37,627 bases of DNA from Corallochytrium limacisporum Hawaii (GCA_002811645.1 PDIP01000148.1:1-37627); one strand, 5' to 3'; shown: positions 20,748 to 31,273, counted from the first letter of the stretch. Numbers and translations are program-made. Notes: generated by a model from the sequence alone, not told the origin.

Positions 20748-23132
20748 TCACAGCGATCCCCGCAAAAAAGGTTCCAAAGCAGGGATCGTAGCTACGTCAG
20801 AAGAGGAGAAGAGGTGACCATCATGGGATTGCAGTGCTTCCTCCATGGCCTCATTCTTCGTCCTCACGGCCAGGGCCATCGGGGTGACACCACTGTTGTC
20901 CTCCTGCCTTGTCGGCAGCCCAGCCTGTACTAGAAGTTTCACGCATCCTAACTGACCGGCGGCAATAGCGCAATGCAACGCGGACCGTCCTTCCATGTCA
21001 ACGACTTCCTTCTGTGGTGCTGCCTTGAGTAAGAAATAAAGGCTCTCCAGGCGTCCCACCGTTGCGGCGTGGCACGCCAAAGGTACGTCCGAGCCATCCA
21101 CGCTGACTGTAGTGCTGTTCATGCCCATACCATGCGCATGAGCGCTGAGTAAGAACGCAACATCACCGCTTTCGATAGCCCTCTGCAGGTTCGCCTCGAT
21201 GCCACCTCCTTCGTCACCCGCGATTGACTTGGTCATATATCTGCCATCCACATATTTGTTATTGATAAATGCCTTGCGCTCCTGCATGGATGAATTCGGG
21301 CCAAGCTGGCGGGCCTCCCTGTCAGGCAAGTCGGCAAGATAGATTTCATTCAGACGGTCATTGCCAATGCATAATGGGAGCAGTAACTCCATGCTGTCTA
21401 ACTCGTCCAGCTCTAGAGATTTGATACGGCTATGGTTGACCCCGAGATCGCGGTGAATGCCCGCGCACGACATGCACAGCACCGCTCCCAGATTAACACT
21501 AATCCACGACGGCCAGGCCTTGCGGCAGTCCGCACATACTGAGTTGCCCAAAACATTTGGAACTGACTGGAGCAATCGCTCATAGAGCTCGTGCTCCGTG
21601 GCTCCCACCTCCAGCAGATCGGTTGCTCCCGATTCGGGCACTACTGGTAGTGAATCTGCGGACTTACTCCCTTCTAGAGTCGCCCGCATGGCTTGATGGG
21701 CAGCCTCGGCTGTTCTGATAGAGTTCTGGAACCCATCGCCCTCGGAAACCTTACCATTTTCAGTGGTGGTGGCAGTCGTTCCCATAAAGTCACCCAGTTC
21801 GTGACCGATGGCGCGCCGCAAAGTGTTGACCCAACGTTGCAGCAGCAGAGAGTCGCCGTCAGTGTGGAATGTATAGCTCTTGCCTGGTGTGACCACAGTA
21901 AATACATCCCGCCCGTCCAAGTAGTCCTCCTTCACGCTTGCGGTTACAAGTGCCATCCTGGTCATGTTCTTCAAATCTTTGCTACTGTCGTGGTAAATCT
22001 GGAGCTGTCCGTCATGCAGAGCAAGCCAACGCTTGCTGTACAGTTTTGGGATGCGTCGGTCCTTCTTGTATAGGTAGCCCTCGAGGTCTCGCACCTGCGC
22101 TTTGTCAACTTCCAGACTGCGACGTCTCTGTTCAAGTTCATCCATACCGTTGTCTGCAGCTCCCGGGCCACTGACTTCGGTGGCCAGAGTCTCCAGGTAC
22201 CTCTGGCGTGCTAACAGGGAAGTCATCGCCGTGCCAACCATCGTTCGCTCCCTCTCATTCCGCTCCTTGAACGATGCGAATGTGTCCTCTAAGGTTTCCA
22301 AGTCCCGCTGAATGCTGGTCATGACCTGTGTGCCATTTTCGTACGCCCGTGCCATGGTCTCGATGTAGGCCCCGAGGTTACGAACCATTTCATAGTTCAC
22401 TCGTCGCTCCAAATCAATGATCTTGGACATTTCCTTGGTAATGGTCATTTGACACTTTTGCTTCTCCGCCTCGGACTGCAAGAACATGATCTCCTTGTCC
22501 GTGTTCTTCCGCCTTTTGATCTTACCAATGCCATCTTCATACTTGCTAAAGGCCTTGTCACACACCTTGGGAAAGTCATCTGGATTCACCTGCCTGAGCG
22601 TAGTTCGGGTGAAAAGCCCTACGCTGTTCTCAACCGACCTGTTAACGGTTCGCTGAAGATTCGTGGCTTCCTTGAGGACAACACTAAAGTTCAATAACCG
22701 CTTTCCGCTTGCTCCCTCAGGACTGTGTGCTATGTGGACCTCTCCCAGGCGGCTAATCGTATCCGCAAAGTCGGCCATGGCCTTGTTCTGCTTCTCATTG
22801 TACTTGATCAGTGTTTCCGTCTGTTTGTTCAATTCGACCAGCAGCTCACGATATGCTGTCTGTTCCATGGCATACTTTTCAAGATCAGGCTTCATAGTCA
22901 TCATCTTACTATCTGTTTCTGCCCCTTCTCCATCGTGCAGATCTACCGTCATACTTTCATCAAGCAGCTCGACCCAATTTACACACATCTGCAGTTGCAG
23001 TTCATCTCGAGATGACCCTGACCGTGGAAGGGCAGACTCAGATATGGGATCGTTCATGTCTGAGTCGAGGGTTGAAGTGCTACCACGTACCTTTGAGGCC
23101 GCTTTGCTTGCCATCCCTTTGACTCGGTCCAT
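20748..23132 (-). CDS. ArfGAP with BAR, PH, ArfGAP and ankyrin domains (ACAP/ASAP-like, no SH3 seen)
   Basis: Helical BAR-like N-terminus; PH domain (EGYLYKK...KRWLAL...RWVNTL); zinc finger CADC-x16-CMSC..IHR with the catalytic Arg; ankyrin repeats (GRSALHCA, GVTPMALA). Confidence 0.93.
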   Translation of the reverse strand: MDRVKGMASKAASKVRGSTSTLDSDMNDPISESALPRSGSSRDELQLQMCVNWVELLDESMTVDLHDGEGAETDSKMMTMKPDLEKYAMEQTAYRELLVELNKQTETLIKYNEKQNKAMADFADTISRLGEVHIAHSPEGASGKRLLNFSVVLKEATNLQRTVNRSVENSVGLFTRTTLRQVNPDDFPKVCDKAFSKYEDGIGKIKRRKNTDKEIMFLQSEAEKQKCQMTITKEMSKIIDLERRVNYEMVRNLGAYIETMARAYENGTQVMTSIQRDLETLEDTFASFKERNERERTMVGTAMTSLLARQRYLETLATEVSGPGAADNGMDELEQRRRSLEVDKAQVRDLEGYLYKKDRRIPKLYSKRWLALHDGQLQIYHDSSKDLKNMTRMALVTASVKEDYLDGRDVFTVVTPGKSYTFHTDGDSLLLQRWVNTLRRAIGHELGDFMGTTATTTENGKVSEGDGFQNSIRTAEAAHQAMRATLEGSKSADSLPVVPESGATDLLEVGATEHELYERLLQSVPNVLGNSVCADCRKAWPSWISVNLGAVLCMSCAGIHRDLGVNHSRIKSLELDELDSMELLLPLCIGNDRLNEIYLADLPDREARQLGPNSSMQERKAFINNKYVDGRYMTKSIAGDEGGGIEANLQRAIESGDVAFLLSAHAHGMGMNSTTVSVDGSDVPLACHAATVGRLESLYFLLKAAPQKEVVDMEGRSALHCAIAAGQLGCVKLLVQAGLPTRQEDNSGVTPMALAVRTKNEAMEEALQSHDGHLFSSSDVATIPALEPFLRGSL

Positions 23133-23818
23133 GGTGTTGCTAGTTTTCTGTCTCGGAATGAGACACCCGTTAGAAAGAGATCATCCGCCACCCATGGCCT
23201 CCAGGGTTTGTCTATCAGGGACACTTGCTCAGATATCTCGTTCCTATACCATGCTTATCCCAGAATCAGAGGGGTTGCTAATGTGTGTCAAGGAAGATCA
23301 GTCCCTCAAAATAGTTCAACCGGGAGATGACAACACACAGCAACCTTGATCCTGATGTACACTGCCGAGCGTTCCGGCCCCAGCCAGTGGTGGCGCTGCT
23401 GCTGCGCAGGGTCCGAACAACATCGTACTGTGCGCCTGTATTAAAATATTCCGTATATTAATACATGATTAAATATATTACTTTTTGGCGTTGATGAAAA
23501 CTAGGTATATCTAATTCATCGGTAGTGAATGTACGTAATTCGCACAATTTTCATTTTGCGAAATGACTTTGCACTCTCTCTCCCTCTCTCTCTGTGCCAG
23601 TCCACTGACCACCGCTTCGCACGCCTTGCAACCGGGGGCAGTAAGAGCAGAGAACGGGCGCGGCCATCTGCGGGGGACACACAAGCTGGGAGTCCCGAGT
23701 TTTGGCAGCGCCAAAGAGGACATTCCTGGCGGCACCAGATATTTGCGATCAGGGGTTGGAGCGCATTCATTGGCGCGACATGTACCGACAATATTGGACA
23801 GTGCACACAGCCGTGTCT

Positions 23819-23826
23819 TATAAAAA
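23819..23826 (+). promoter_or_regulatory. Candidate TATA box (TATAAAAA)
   Basis: Consensus TATAWAW in a GC-balanced context, just upstream of ATGs at 23842 and 23848. Confidence 0.35.
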
Positions 23827-26534
23827 GTGGACGGCCTCCCGATGAGCATGGGTGACGTGAAAGGTCCTCGCCGTATCTCTAGACCATTAATGAGTGGTCA
23901 ATTGTATGCGTGCTCCGAGTGTTACTGCATCATCGGTCACCAATCATTCTTTTCCGCGTGCGCGTGAGATAGCGTGTGTAGTTCTCTTAGGTCTGTATGG
24001 CCGACTCAAAAAGGCATGCATGCTGAGAAAGTCAAATGTAATTGTCAACGAGGGTTGAAATGAGGTGATGATCCTGTCCCCGGCTTGAAGCATGTTGGTG
24101 GATGCTGGTATCTAAACTTTCTCATCAAATTTGTGCCAGGGGCAGCATATGGAGCGCGCCATCAGCGCTGCGTACTTCACAGCTTCCGATCCGAACCCGT
24201 CAACATTATCGGGGCATGTCAAACGCCGCAGTGATGATGTCCAATGAGTCATAGCACACATTGGGACTGTCTACGCTGATGTCGCCGTCTGTTGTTTTCA
24301 GCCCCGTGTAGAGAAACACTAACGTTTCTTGTAGTGCCATCGCACGCTGTGTGTGTGTACAAAATCCTCCCACTTTTCAAGAAACTGATCCCATCTCTTA
24401 GCCGTCGCTGCCAGCAGATCTGGGTGAAGGGGAGCAGCAGCAAATCAATTGTCAACGTAAACACCGGTGTGCTACTGTCGGTGTGTTCTGCCCCAGCAAA
24501 TCACGCACGTCGTCGGTTGCGCGGTGTGCCCTTCCCACCGTCGACACACCGGGAAGCCCCGGGGCCAAGAGAGGGCAGCGGGACCAAACCGCAAAACCGA
24601 GACACAGTTCCGGGTCACCTCATTCGAAGGTTTTCATGATGAATATACTGACAAACTGCTTCAACTCCACCACATTCACCCACCGCAATGGATTGCGATC
24701 GGAAAAAAAAAGAAAAGAGAGTCGAAGCTTGCAAAAACCCAAACTGCCCAAAAAAAGACCCAAGCACGCGAAGTGATAAGGGCGAATAAAAAACCCTCCC
24801 CAGTCCGAGAGGAGGGAGGGGGGAGGAGGGGGAAGAGTTCGAACGGGTCGCTACGATCGGAGCGTGTCTACTCCCTTCTATTTTTAGCCGTAGTTTAAGT
24901 ACTGGAAATGGCCACCCCGGAAGGGGAAAGAAATAGGAAAGCCGCCCTGCTAATATGCTCTGCTTCATTTATCTGCTCCCCGCATCGAAAACCCGTAAAA
25001 ATCTTTTCCTCGATCTCCGGGCTTTCTTTTTCCCTTCCCAGCTGTCTGGCTGAAAAGTCCCTGCTTTAGGAGAGATAACATTTTCTTGGTTTTTTTTTTT
25101 TGATTTCTCTCAATTTCCCTACTATTCTACTATAGAGAGATGGGTACTCGCCGAGACCGGCGCTCCATTAAAAAAACACGGTCCCGATCCCCCCTTGGTC
25201 GCGGGGGAGGGGGATCTCTTCATTCTGAAGCATTTGCAAGCTCCCCGTATCACATACTAAATATGCCTAGACTCGCACATCGCTCCCAGGAGGGGGTGGA
25301 GGGGCCAGCAGCCAGATCTGACCCAAGTCGGTGAACCCTCACCGGGTACCGGGACGATCGACTGCCGACACCCCCTATACATTTTATATAGATATTACTG
25401 GGCCGATGTCGACAAGAATGACTCAGGGAAAATTGAATTCACACCCTGGTCCAAGTTCACCGTTTTTGGGCCACACACAAAAAAAAAACCGTGGCAGGAA
25501 ATTGAAATGCCCACGGTCGGCGGCGGTTGCTTTCTTGCTCTTTTGGAATACAAACTCTCCCTGAAGAAACTGCGCAACTCCAAACCCTCCCCTCCCCCTT
25601 CCCTGCGAATGTTTTTGGTCCTTTCCACGTAGCCATTTCTCTTTGGCCCTTCCTGGGGTCCAGCCCGAGCCCAGCCCAGCGCAGCTCAGCCAGAGCAACA
25701 CTTGCGAGAGAGCGACCAGCAGGGAAATCTCACGGGGCCAAAGACCGGGGATTTTCAAACAAACTCCCCCCCCCCTCCTTCTCCTCGCGGGGGACACTCC
25801 CCCCCCCCCACCAAAAAGAAAGAAAGAAATGAGAAAATTTTGCCCGGAGGGAAGTGGGTAGTACCCCAGACGGGTCGCAAATCAGCCGGAGGGGCCAGCA
25901 CAATAACCCCTCCCCACCCTTCGGGGGCTCTAGGGCTTTGGATGTTTCTATAGTGAATATAGGTCAATTCCTGGAGTTGAGCTGCAGGGAATGGGACAGC
26001 CGGTTGCGGAGAAAGCTCTGCGAACACGAGAGTGGCTCACTAGTCCTTCAACCGGGGACCAAGACGAAAGAAGAGAAAAAAAATTACTGAGAAGAAAAAA
26101 AGGGGAAAGGAAAGGATCGTCAATTTGTTTTGTGAACAATTTCCTCCGTATGTTTTCAATGCTCCGACGGCACAAGAGGCAAAAAGTTTAGGAGTTTTCG
26201 TGCCCGACCCGCGGGGAGTAGATGTGTGTGCCGTGTGGTGGTGGGGGGAGGGACGGACGGACGGCTTTTTTTAATGGGATGTCAGCATCAGGAGAGAACG
26301 ATTGCGCAATGACCCGCTGGTGGGCAGGCCCGACCACCCCCCCCTTCCCTCTTTGGGTGAACGGGAGGCACACACACACATACGAGAAAGGAGAGACCCG
26401 GGGGAGGGGGGGGGCGGTTGTTCCGCACCTCTCGCTCTCGTTCTTGCCAGCCGCTGCGGTGTGTGTGCCTGTCTTGTCCCCCCCCCGGGGCCCCGGGGGG
26501 GGGGGGGGGCAAATTTCCCCCCGAAACAGGTTTG

Positions 26535-26592
26535 NNNNNNNNNNNNNNNNNNNNNNNNNNNNNNNNNNNNNNNNNNNNNNNNNNNNNNNNNN
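26535..26592. other. Assembly gap (N run) with duplicated flanks
   Basis: Run of N; cccgaaacaggtttg occurs on both sides. Confidence 1.
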
Positions 26593-27072
26593 GGGGGGGT
26601 GCACATTTACGCCCGAAACAGGTTTGGACCGATGGAGTTAGTCCCAACGGGAGGAGGAGATGGGAGGAATCATGTCCTGAAACGCATAGTTTGTGAGGAT
26701 GTCGTTTGAGTGACGGCATATTGACGCGAGGCGTGTGTGTGTATTGTGTTGTATTTGTTCTCGAGAGCATGGACTTAATTGCTGATGTGCTGGGAAGCTT
26801 TCCTGATGTAGTGACTGGCCTTTACAGGTCTCTTGAGCTTTGGTGTACATCTGGACGTTGGCTATTTCATTTAGACAAGCTGGATAAGTGAGCTGACGAT
26901 CTAGTGGCAATTATATACAAAATAAGTGCATGGTCCATTTCCCGTTGAGAAAATCCAGGTCATAGCATCAGACGCAAGGGGTCTGACCAGTCTTCGATAC
27001 ACAGGCGACACAACCAGACTCCCTGTGTTCACGGCAACATTCCCTAGCAAACATTTATAGACCGAAACCGGA

Positions 27073-28137
27073 ATGAGCCCAAATCAGACAACCATGACTC
27101 AGGTAGCAACTGCACCTACTTCACTTTCAATGGATATTGACTCACCACGCTACGCTGACGTGGATAATGACTGCTTTGACACACAGAACAATGCCCGCAT
27201 CCTGACTGCGGCTCGGGAGGCTCTGGGGAACCTGCGAGACACCGACTTCCAGAAGATGAGTCGCTCTGCCGTACGTAGCGTGCGCCCTCTTATGGCCGAG
27301 TTTGCCTTTGGTGCTGAGAATGACTGGTTCTTCGATAGCCCCGCTGGCAAAGCCATCCAGGCATGGGATGGTTTGCTGCACGGTGACGCCCGGAAGATTA
27401 ACGAAACAACAGCGAACGTACAGTACGGCCAGGCCCCGGACTATAGCAAGCTCTACCTCCTTCAACTCCACTTGGAAGACAATGAGTGGCGCTTCTTTAA
27501 ATTTTTTATGGTTGAAAAGAAAAAATCTCATTCCATGCGCGACACCGCCGAGGCTATCGCAGAACAGATGAAACAAGCGGCCATGAGTGGAGATCAGCAG
27601 ACACGATTCTACGTGCCCCGCGACGAGGTCCGTCACACAAAGCTAGAGCAGCGCCAGGCACGCACTCGCACGCATTCCGTGCGCTCCTCGCGTGGTTTGC
27701 TTGGTAGCGAGCCTTACCGGCCGAGTCCTCTGGCCAGCCGGGACAATAGTGTGCGCAGCAAGAACTCTTTCTCTCGGGACTTTAACTCTGTCGTGGAGAG
27801 CCTACGGTCAGGTGACGATGATGAATTCGGACAGTATGAGAGCGATGAGGACGAATTGCCAGAGATCACGTACCCTGCTGAGGAGCAGGCTAAACAGATG
27901 GACCACTACCGTGCTAATATGCATACCGCGGAGTCTGCCGTGCGGCCCCCTATGGGTCAGAAGGCCCTGGTTGAGAACATGGAGCAAGTCATGCGCCGCC
28001 TTTATTGCATTGCCCGATCGGTGAATGTATCCGCTGATGAGTTCCAGACTATAGCTTTCCGTGTTTGTGCTCCGGTTACTTCTGAAGAAGAAGAGCACGA
28101 TGTGTACGGTACCATTGAACGCATGCTGGAGAGCTAA
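27073..28137 (+). CDS. Hypothetical protein (354 aa), no family recognised
   Basis: Long ORF with codon usage like neighbouring genes. It has a globular-looking N-terminal half, a Ser/Arg-rich and acidic linker and a helical C-terminus. The start may be the ACC-ATG at 27094. Confidence 0.8.
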   Translation: MSPNQTTMTQVATAPTSLSMDIDSPRYADVDNDCFDTQNNARILTAAREALGNLRDTDFQKMSRSAVRSVRPLMAEFAFGAENDWFFDSPAGKAIQAWDGLLHGDARKINETTANVQYGQAPDYSKLYLLQLHLEDNEWRFFKFFMVEKKKSHSMRDTAEAIAEQMKQAAMSGDQQTRFYVPRDEVRHTKLEQRQARTRTHSVRSSRGLLGSEPYRPSPLASRDNSVRSKNSFSRDFNSVVESLRSGDDDEFGQYESDEDELPEITYPAEEQAKQMDHYRANMHTAESAVRPPMGQKALVENMEQVMRRLYCIARSVNVSADEFQTIAFRVCAPVTSEEEEHDVYGTIERMLES

Positions 28138-28509
28138 GAGTACACAACCGTGTACAGCTCATTATTGAAATTCATCGTCATCATTCATTCATTCATTGCC
28201 CACCCTCATCCACATAGCCACCATCAACAGCATCAGTTCATCCACTCTCTCTCGTTATGACATTATAGAGATACATGTTAGACCAAATCAATTTCAGTGC
28301 GGAGCGGTGGCCTTCTGGGTCTCTCGCCAGCATCAGTGTGCTCCGAATACCCCCGCCCTCCCCGTTCACCCGCACTGGACGGGGTCAAGCCAAACCTTTG
28401 CAGACGTATTTCATGCGGTCTATCGACCTACGAGGAGCTCTTGCACCTATGAAATCTGCATGTGTTGGCAGTCTGTGGCACCGCTGGCAGTGGTACCTTA
28501 GGGAACAAC

Positions 28510-30531
28510 ATGCCGTCCGCGCAGGAAATAGACCAGGAGGTTGATGTGGTGATCGTTGGCGCCGGTCCTTCGGGGCTATCTGCTGCGTTTGAGATACAAA
28601 AATGGAATAAGCGGGATCCAAGTCGAAACATCCGCTTTGCCGTGTTGGAAGGCCGAGATCGGTACGGAGGACGTATCAACACAGACACAGATTTCGGCTA
28701 CCCGGTAGACTTGGGAGCATCTTATATGCACGGCTGCGGTTTCAAGAGGCAGTACGTCTTTGACCTTGCTATACACAAAGGCGTGGAATCTGCACTCGTG
28801 CCTGGTTATGGCCATGCGGATGATCCCGATTCGGCACATTTCTGGCACGGTGGTGCACCCGTAGACATAAGGCAATTGGCAGTATACCGGTATCTTGCTC
28901 GGCTGGTGCATGCTGTAGCAGCAAACCGGGCACAGAGCAAAGATCCAAAGAAAGACAACATTGGAGACCTGCTTGAGGAAAGTATTACTGAGCTGTTTGA
29001 TTGGCTGCATCTGCCGGAAGATATGCGCTCCAAGGAGTCACCGCTGCGAAGCGTTATCGACGCTTACAATATCCGTGCCTGGGGATACGTTGGACCATTG
29101 ACAAACCATACTCTGCAGTACGATCAGGGAGGTAGTTCCATGTTCAATCTTGAGAAGGATCCGTGCGCTGTGGCCTTTCGGAATTATTGGGGAGACGAAG
29201 CAACTGGAGAAAGGCACACTCTAGGAGAAGACGTCTGTCTCTGGCGAGATGTGATGACCCAAAGGATTAACGGTGAAGACATCGATAACAGCGAGCTGAA
29301 GCGGAAGCGTTTGCGATCAAGCAAGCATATGAACAGCTACGAACGTTTTGTCATTACGCAGGACCAGTTGGCTCTTCAATTGGCTGAGAAATATCGCTCA
29401 CCAAAATGCGAGCCTGAGGTATGCACCACCGTAAGAAAACAGGGAACCAAGGCAAAGGTTGTACGAAGCGACCGATTTGTCGTGCACGGATACGGCCCCT
29501 TTTTGGTGGACCATCTGCTCAAGTACATCGAGTTTGATGGGAAGGATCGCTCTATTTCACTACAGACTACAGTGAAGGCCATCAATGAAGTGCGTGTAAA
29601 CGATCACACGCACATCACTGTGACTGCAACACGACAGCACACTGATGTGAAGAAAGTTATGCGCCTCAAGTGCCGCCGCGTCATAGTAACCGTGCCACTC
29701 AGCATTCTCAAGCAGTCTCCAGCTGGTGAGGCAGGGATTAGCTTTGAGTCTGCATCTGGCGTCACTGGGTGGTCGAAAAGGAAGCAAGCCGCATTAGCTA
29801 ACATGGCCATGGGCATCCACAACAAGATCATCCTGCGATACGAGAAGACAGATGTGTTCTGGCCGGAAGACATTGCAAGTTTCCAGCCGCTCGACGCCCG
29901 ATTCCGTTGGCTTAATCTTCATGCCTACGGACACGTCGGCATGTTGCGCTGTGATTTGTTGACCAATTTTGGACGCCCAGGTGGAGGTGGCCATGAAACG
30001 GAGGGCGACATCCTAGCCCATGCAGAAAAGTCGTTAATGGACATGTTCAGCACGCATCCAAGAGTGCGGGCTTGGAGGAAGCAAACGAATGGAGACAAGA
30101 AGCTTCTTATGGCCGATGGTCATGTCACAATGTGGGATCTAGACCCGTACTCCCTCGGCTCATACAGCTACATGCCCCCTGGTGCGAGCTTTGCAGACCT
30201 TGGCGCCCTTCGGAGCCCAGAGTGGCCGCTTCCTGGACATGAGGGTGATGCCGAAAAGGATGCACTTGAACTGCCACACGGCGAGCTGTCGGCCTATCAA
30301 CTCTTCTTTGCAGGCGAGCACACGAGTGAGATCGGATTCCAGTGCGTACACGGAGCTGTGGAGAGTGGTTTGTCCGCTGGATTTCTTGCCCGAGCGAGCC
30401 TTGGTGCCTTCGAGAACAGCCAGCTGTGTCTGCCCGGCGTTTCCCATTTGAAAAACAAGCGCCCACAACGCTACACTCCAACCCTCATTCCAGATGAAGA
30501 CTTTAAGAGCCGAAGAAACAACTTAATATAA
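28510..30531 (+). CDS. Flavin-dependent amine oxidase (polyamine oxidase / LSD1-like catalytic domain, no SWIRM)
   Basis: VVIVGAGPSGLSAA, LEGRDRYGGRI, DLGASYMHG, VIVTVPL, GIHNKIIL, WDLDPYSLGSYS and FFAGEHT...VHGAVESG; AAC-ATG start at 28510. Confidence 0.93.
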   Translation: MPSAQEIDQEVDVVIVGAGPSGLSAAFEIQKWNKRDPSRNIRFAVLEGRDRYGGRINTDTDFGYPVDLGASYMHGCGFKRQYVFDLAIHKGVESALVPGYGHADDPDSAHFWHGGAPVDIRQLAVYRYLARLVHAVAANRAQSKDPKKDNIGDLLEESITELFDWLHLPEDMRSKESPLRSVIDAYNIRAWGYVGPLTNHTLQYDQGGSSMFNLEKDPCAVAFRNYWGDEATGERHTLGEDVCLWRDVMTQRINGEDIDNSELKRKRLRSSKHMNSYERFVITQDQLALQLAEKYRSPKCEPEVCTTVRKQGTKAKVVRSDRFVVHGYGPFLVDHLLKYIEFDGKDRSISLQTTVKAINEVRVNDHTHITVTATRQHTDVKKVMRLKCRRVIVTVPLSILKQSPAGEAGISFESASGVTGWSKRKQAALANMAMGIHNKIILRYEKTDVFWPEDIASFQPLDARFRWLNLHAYGHVGMLRCDLLTNFGRPGGGGHETEGDILAHAEKSLMDMFSTHPRVRAWRKQTNGDKKLLMADGHVTMWDLDPYSLGSYSYMPPGASFADLGALRSPEWPLPGHEGDAEKDALELPHGELSAYQLFFAGEHTSEIGFQCVHGAVESGLSAGFLARASLGAFENSQLCLPGVSHLKNKRPQRYTPTLIPDEDFKSRRNNLI

Positions 30532-30562
30532 GATTCAAGCCGATATATTCTTTATTCGTTCT

Positions 30563-31273
30563 TTACGGTTGTACGGGAGATGGCGGAGGGCGAATAGAGT
30601 GACAGTGTCTGCATTTTACAATTCCACGGTATTGGTCTGCCAAATAAAGGTCGAACCCCTTGCATGCTTCATTGGTGCACCGCACACTACGTTTCTGGTC
30701 TACAGCATCTAGGAACCACTTGGCACTTCCAAGATGCGCCTTTCTCATCCCGATATCAACCGCTTCCACCACGCTCGCCTGCAAGCGTCGGACACGGACG
30801 GGATCTTCCACTACTTCGACATGACGCAGGGCCCGCATGTCTTCCACTGCTTGGTGCAAAACTTCATGCTTAAGCCCATCTTCAGTGGCATCTACATCCA
30901 CCTTGCGTCGTTTACCACCACTAACGAGCAGAAACGAGGTATATCCATCTTCCTCAGCTTCGTCCACATCAGCCGTGGCTCCAGTACTCTTGGTTTCGTC
31001 GTCATACTCAATCTGGGTCTCCAATACTGCGTTTAAGCGATCAGCGATTCTCGCAGTAAATTTGGCATCAAACAGTGTCTCCGTTGATTCAGTGTCATTC
31101 CCATGATTGCTAGTAGACTTATTTTTTGCTGTTGCCGTTGCTGTTGCTGGTGCTTTCGTAGGTATGCCCAGAGCAGATGCCTTCGACTCGGCCTCTACCG
31201 AATTGCCTGTCACCACTGACTGCCGCAGGCGGGCCATAAACTCGTCATCCGAGCTATCATCGCTGTCGCTCAT
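30563..31273 (-). CDS. CUSTOS (C12orf43)-like protein with C-terminal Cys4 zinc-ribbon-like motif
   Basis: SDSDDSSDDEFMARLRQSVV, FTARIADRLNAVLE and EEDGY resemble remembered CUSTOS blocks (acidic N-terminus then RxREA; FxAxVAKKLxxxLD; EDDGF). Confidence 0.62.
   Translation of the reverse strand: MSDSDDSSDDEFMARLRQSVVTGNSVEAESKASALGIPTKAPATATATAKNKSTSNHGNDTESTETLFDAKFTARIADRLNAVLETQIEYDDETKSTGATADVDEAEEDGYTSFLLVSGGKRRKVDVDATEDGLKHEVLHQAVEDMRALRHVEVVEDPVRVRRLQASVVEAVDIGMRKAHLGSAKWFLDAVDQKRSVRCTNEACKGFDLYLADQYRGIVKCRHCHSIRPPPSPVQP

Noticed and set aside
26500-26626. Direct repeat cccgaaacaggtttg flanking a gap
   Set aside because: The left copy looks like a homopolymer-degraded version of the right one, so this is most likely an overlap or gap-filling artefact.
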